Assembly: GCA_043228905.1 (NCBI GenBank)
Contig: JBHGNT010000001.1
Span: forward strand, 2,666,001-2,730,000
Direction: 5' to 3'
Origin: Azolla caroliniana
Lineage: Eukaryota; Plantae; Polypodiophyta
Length of the DNA stretch: 64,000 nt
Position numbers and translations under genes: made by a program. Positions 58,504 to 64,000 of this stretch are shown in pieces (the stretch's first letter is position 1; each line of letters opens with the position of its first letter). Below the pieces are notes generated by a model, which saw only the letters and a list, made by a program, of their open reading frames with translations, made no database searches and had not been told where the DNA came from.

Positions 58504-61500
58504 TCATTTGGAACCCAGGGCAAAAGAAAGTTTCGGACGAGCATTCTTCTTCCCGAGGATTTTCATTTGCTCTGCTCGTTGTTGCTCTTCTTCGATTTTC
58601 TTCTTTCGCAACGCTTCTTCTTTCTGTTGTTGCAACCTCTCGAGTTCACGATATCGCTCTTCCTCCTTCCTTGCCTGCTCTTCGGCAGCCCTCTTTATGG
58701 CTTCTTCAGCCTTCCTCTCGTTCTCTTCCCGGATTTTCTGCAGCTGCTCCTCTTGTCGACGAGCTGCTTCCTGAGGTATAAAAAAAATAGCATGAAGCAA
58801 TAACTATCAGAAACAAAAAATAATATCAAAGCTACAATGGGTAGTTTGGCGTAGTGCTTTGGGCACTTGCCTCTAAGCCATGGGGCAAGTTTCACTCTCC
58901 CCTTCCCAACAAACCCCTGCCCGAGTTGTATATAGCAATTGGCTGCCAGTTAAGTGAAAAATAAATAGATCTAATATCACACACAGGTGCCTATGTATAT
59001 ATGTTGTGAGTATGCATATGTGTACACATCTATATGTGTGTGTTGCATCTACATATACATATGTGTGTATATGGTGTATATGTACACACATGTGTGCAGA
59101 AATATGTGCGTCTGTATGCATCTATATAGGTATAGGTATACGCATACACCACCATGTATATATAGGAGCATATTAAAATAAATAATTATAAAGTATATAT
59201 GTACATTTATATGTCTATATATTCATATATGTATACAATATAGCTATTGGTATAACTTACCTCTTTTCTTTGAGATTCTAAGGCAGCTTCTTCCCTCTCC
59301 TTCTCCATCTGAGCTAAAACATCTTCTGATACCTTTTTCCGACCCTCTTGCAATCTTCTCTCCACCTCTTTCCGCAACTCTTCAGAATCAAGAGCCTCTT
59401 GGACCAGCTTCTCGATAGCCGATTCTATCCTTTTCGATGCTTCTTCTTCAATCAGCTTTAACTCCGCCTCATGTTGTCGCCTGCGCATACAGTGAGGCTA
59501 GTGATCAAATACTGATAATCGAGGCACACAAACAAACTTCTTCCTTACACACAACAGTTGCCATTTCATGTCGCCTGACAGCCACCTTGTGCGACTTGAA
59601 AGCAATTCCAGATAAAGTATAAGTACCTCCTTTTGCCCAAAACAAAAAGGTGACCTTATCTCCTATCACCTGGGTATGCGACCTGACCTGTCTTCAAGAT
59701 ATTCAATATCAAACAAGATGTTCTTGTTAGGGCCTCTTTAAAAACAAGGCTAGACTTTTCTTGAATGGGACTTAACCTCAAGGCTCAACCCATGTACAAA
59801 TTGATTGGCTTGATAGAATCGTTAATTAGAAAACAAACCTCAGGTGGTGATTATGTTAAGTCAATGGGTTTGATTGATCTATTGGAATGAGAAAGTGGAT
59901 ACAACGTGGCTTCAATTATATCATTCCTTTCAGAAAACTCTAAATTCTTCATGCATTTGACTCGATGGGGGTGTTTCTTTCTAGCTCTCTTCCAGGTGTT
60001 ATGGAAAGACTACACCAGTGGATCCCTGACTGATATCTCAAGATAAATATCTAAGGCAGAGTATTATTGGGCCCCTGAGCTTTTGTAATAGCAACAAACT
60101 CTATGCCAATCATATACGCCACAGAAATTTCTCTCTAATAGAGGAAGCCTCTTGCTATAAATTTTTTATATCCATCATGTGTCTCCATAGTATATAAGCA
60201 TATAAATCTTCAGTAGATAAAGAGTTTGAGTTTCAAAGAGAGGGACAACGTGAGCAAATCAAATTACCGCATGTACATGCACCAAGGTAAGTAAAAAATG
60301 ATCAACTCCTAGTGTTATAAACAGGAGACCATTTACCTAACTATAAAAAGGAAAAATATTTAACCGCCAGGTCTTAAATGATAAACTACAGTAAGAAATG
60401 ATAGTTATCATAGAAACACAAAATACAAATATTAGTTAGGGGACAAAAAGAAGGGTCCACGCAGGATTTTGTACATTAAAATCCCAATATCAATATTAAT
60501 TTGTTTTTTGATACAACGTATGTTGGATATCCCTTGCAACGATTCGAAACTAAGATAAAATAGCCCACAGCTGCACAAGATAACAGTGAAGTCTCACTGA
60601 TGGTTTCTGTGAACTACCTATTTGAATTTGTACATTTATATTATTCTCCTAATACTTGTATTATTACAGCATCTCGTTACCACACATCCCACACTTCTAG
60701 ATGTATCATGCCATACATGATCAGAATATGCACAGCATGAACTAGTGATACATCCATCTTCCTTCTGAGAAACCTTGGTAACTTCAATTAATTTAAGCTA
60801 ATTGCTATTGTATGACTCTTTCTTGCAAGAAAAAAAAAAAATTCAGTCCAAGAAATCATAACAATGACTCGCACCTTAGGAGAGCCCAACCTCAAAAGAT
60901 TTGAATGCCAACTGAGGGAACTTTGCATGGTCCAGACCTTCTTAACATCCTCTTAAGATTTCTTTCAACTCATCACAATACTAAAACTTAATTTAGAATC
61001 AAAATCATGTGTTTGCAAAAGCTAATCAAATGAGAATTTTATCCTCTATCCATAGTTATATTCAAAATGTGATGACAAAGGCCTTATTCAAAGATCCGAA
61101 AAAGTTACAAAACATCGAACACAAAAAAGTAGAGAACTTAAATTCTGGAGATTCTGTAGTAAAACTCCAATCTCGTCATCAAATAGCCATAGAACTACGC
61201 TAGAACGACCATAACACGTTCCCTAATTAAACAATACATTCCTTCACATTCTCCTTTACATCACATGCCAATCAATGACCTTGAAACAATAAGAAGTTAG
61301 TTTCACAGGATTTCCACTTTTAAAAAGCTTATCATCTCTACAGCATTCTTCAGAAAAAAGTGCGCTCTTCAAGTTATTCTCTACATAAAACCTCAAAGAA
61401 CAGCCCTTCATAAAAGGCAAAGGAAGTTTCACAAAGAAAAACTTTTTTACATATTCCATAATCTCTTATCCATTTTACAACACATTGGTAAGTTATTCAA

Positions 61501-61708
61501 TAAAAAAAAACAGAAAAGAAAGCCGAAGACCATGTTTTGTATCAAACCTGGTTATAGAAGCAAGAGATGATGGACTCTCACAATCTCGATGGCTCTTGTT
61601 CTTGTTATTTGTGGGGGGTGAAGGCTCTCGAGATCGTCTTCTCTTGCTCTTCCTAGATGGAGATCTTGATCTTGACCTTGACTTTGACTTTGATCTTGTT
61701 CTACCCAT
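58504..61708 (-). CDS. ARGLU1: Arginine- and glutamate-rich protein 1 (ARGLU1)-like splicing regulator
   Basis: Exons 61708-61548, 59480-59261, 58770-58504 (215 aa). RS-rich N-terminus MGRTRSKSKSRSRSRSPS, then RQHEAELKLIEEEASKRIE..., and a C-terminal EQMKILGKKNARPKLSFAL typical of the family. Confidence 0.92.
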
Positions 61709-62469
61709 TTTTCCCAGGTCAATTTAAAAAGCTATGTTCCTTTGTGTGATTCTTGAAGAAGATTTAAAAAGGAAGTTCTGCAAAAGGCAAATCAAGTAAG
61801 CCCAATTCCATGGCATTGGCATTCTAATATCAAATCTTTAATAAATCTCACATTCTAGAAAACATAAAAAGATGAAAAAGAAAAAAATCTCGAATACCTA
61901 ACCTTGAAAAGAAATTTTCCATTTTTGAAGATATTTTTTCCGCCATGACTACATATCATCCATAATAGCACAATAAAAGACCCACCTTCTTTTTTGTCCA
62001 GAAAAAAGAGACCCAAATGCTCTATTTTCTCTCTTCTGCTAAAAAGATTGACCAAAAGCATTACCTGATAATATGGACATGGATTCCTCCCAAAATGAAA
62101 GAGTTTGCTTGCTTTTCCTTGTGCTTTTTCTTTCACCTTTGAAACTTTCTCTCTTTCACTCACTCTGTCTCAATCTCTATCTCTCTCTATCTCGACGTCA
62201 CGGCGATGGAGGGGGTGATGGGTTTCAATGCGCCGAGCAGGTTTTGCCGGGAGAAGATCAGAGCAGGGGACGACAGGGACACCGAGCTCTACTATAGTAG
62301 TATGTATTGGGGTGAATGAGCCAAATCCAGTAAAAAGCTTAAGGAAGTAGAAGTAGGAAGGAAAGGAAGTTTTCCCTAAGGTTTCAAGAAACTCCAAATA
62401 TGACCCTCTAGTCTCCTCAAAATCCCCAAACCGCCCTTCCTTTTCCAAGAGAAAGAAAGAGCCAAAATT

Positions 62470-62668
62470 AAAATCGGCCCATGAGACAATTAGTTTACAA
62501 CAAAAATGGGGTATTTACCCATTCATCGAAAGAAAAAATAAAAACAAAATAAAATAAAATAGAGCTTCAGCTAAATGGTTCTAGTAAAAAAAAACCATGT
62601 GTTTTTTTTTAGAAAGAAAGAAAGAAAGATATATTAACGTCTTCTAATGCCAGAATTGGCCCATGAGA
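62470..62668. promoter_or_regulatory. Site II (GGCCCA) elements upstream of ARGLU1
   Basis: GGCCCATGAGA(C/T)AATT occurs twice (~62476 and ~62658), upstream of the GC-rich leader at ~62170-62290. Confidence 0.5.
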
Positions 62669-62677
62669 TAATTGGTT

Positions 62678-62996
62678 GGGGTCAAAATCGAACCGGTTTG
62701 GAACCGAATTGTTTAAATTTTTTGAAACTTGAACCGAACCACGAAATCGTAAAACCGAACTGTTAAACGTTAAACATTTTTCAAACTGTTAAAACCGCGG
62801 TTTCGTGGTTCGGTTTTGGTTTTTCAACTTAGGTCAAATTTTAAAGATGTTCCTAAAATGTGAGAATAAGATCTAAAAATGAAAAAATTGTTTAAAAACA
62901 ATCTTTTAAAATTTAAATAAACCGTTTAAACCGCATTTCTGTTTGTTGAACCGTTAAGTCGCGGTTTGGTTTGTTTCAAACTGAACTGTTGCTAAT
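62678..62996. mobile_element. AACCG/CGGTT-rich non-autonomous DNA transposon (MITE-like), copy 1
   Basis: Dense AACCG(A) motifs and their inverses. Shares TTTCGTGGTT..TTTTCAACTTAGGTCA..TCCTAAAAT.TGAGA..TAAAAATGAAAA with 63586-64000. Confidence 0.7.
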
Positions 62997-63585
62997 TGTA
63001 AGTGTCCCATTCCTTAGCCCCCAACATGGGAGGGGGGTGACCCCAAAGTTAGTTGGGGTATCATTCTAGCATTTTTCACACACATTGATTCATCTAACCG
63101 TTTGTGGTTTCACCAAAGCGAGACACACATAGAGATAGATAAATAGATAGATAGATAGATATTTTATAACGTCCATAGAGAGGCCAATATCTAGAGATAA
63201 AGAGATTTTATTGTCATGTTGTATGTTCTCAGTTGTAAGAAATGCTAGTATCGATTTAATGGAGGTTACGCTTGAGATAGATTGGAGATTTTTGTAGGTC
63301 ACTAAAGCCTTGCTTGGCGGACTAAAAACAAACAAACAAATGATGTATATCCTAAACTAATTCACATGTATACACGGATTGGTTGATAAAGAGTGGGGAA
63401 TAACAAGATCCAATAGGTCGTAGCAAAGTGCGGTACAAATGGGGGTGCCAATCTTGTCTTTCTTTCAAAGCTAAAGGTGTTTATATTGGCGGGTGGGTGG
63501 ATTACCGCTAGGAGCTTCTTTATGACGATGTAATATTATTGCTTCTGGAATGTTTTAGATAACAATTAGCAATGGTTTAGTTCGA

Positions 63586-64000
63586 GAGTGTCAAAACTTA
63601 ATTGTTTAAAAATTTTGAAACCGAAACCGAACCGAACCATAAAACCGTTAGGTATAAATCCAAACCCTTTAAACCATTAAACCGCTAAAACAACGATTTC
63701 GTGGTTTGGTTTCGGTTTTCAACTTAGGTCATTATTTCAAATTTTAATTTTTCAATATTTAAAAGATTTTTCCTAAAATATGAGATTAGGCTTAAAAATG
63801 AAAATGTTGTTTTAAATTAAAAAATTTAAAATTTAAAACCATTTAAACCACGGTCCACGATTTCAAACCATTAAAACCGAATCGAACTAAATTGTTCACC
63901 TCCAAACCGAACTGAACCGTTAAAAAAACTTGAACTTGGACTTGAACCGAACCGAACCGTTTCAACCGTTAAGCCCCGGTTTCATGGTTCGGTTCAGTTC
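63586..64000. mobile_element. AACCG/CGGTT-rich MITE-like element, copy 2 (cut off by the window end)
   Basis: Same family and orientation as 62678-62996. Begins GTGTCAAAA and has repeated AACCGAACCG. Confidence 0.7.

Noticed and set aside
60840-60978. Possible C/D-box snoRNA (GTGATGA ... CTGA on the - strand) in the ARGLU1 intron
   Set aside because: Weak terminal stem and no recognisable rRNA guide; a cassette-exon reading fits better.

Overview
Eukaryotic, intron-rich, AT-rich land-plant nuclear DNA. The PLS-PPR relic and the compact gene spacing suggest a seed-free vascular plant, probably a fern; this is inference, not verified. I reconstructed exons by hand from splice signals and family motifs. 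Genes in order: decayed PLS-type PPR pseudogene (+, ~1.1-3.4 kb); solo LTR with 5-bp TSD (4537-4975); 17-exon Tify-binding/PHD/GNAT (IDM1-like) chromatin protein (+); intronless 86-aa ORF (+); DXO1 decapping/deNADding nuclease (-); acylphosphatase (-) head-to-head with LTO1/VKOR (+); WEB-family coiled-coil protein (+); atypical thioredoxin-h-like protein with WCGPA (+); type III J-domain protein (-); ARGLU1-like splicing regulator (-); two AACCG-rich MITE-like elements at the right end. There are many local tandem duplications and microsatellites. Best leads: (1) a candidate structured poison-exon/decoy-acceptor module in ARGLU1 intron 1; (2) a thioredoxin with a CxxA site and no catalytic Asp; (3) a ~22-aa Cys repeat array at the N-terminus of the IDM1-like protein; (4) near-perfect nucleosome-length tandem repeats in introns of the chromatin and RNA-cap genes. 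No rRNA, tRNA or CRISPR was seen, and nothing looks prokaryotic.
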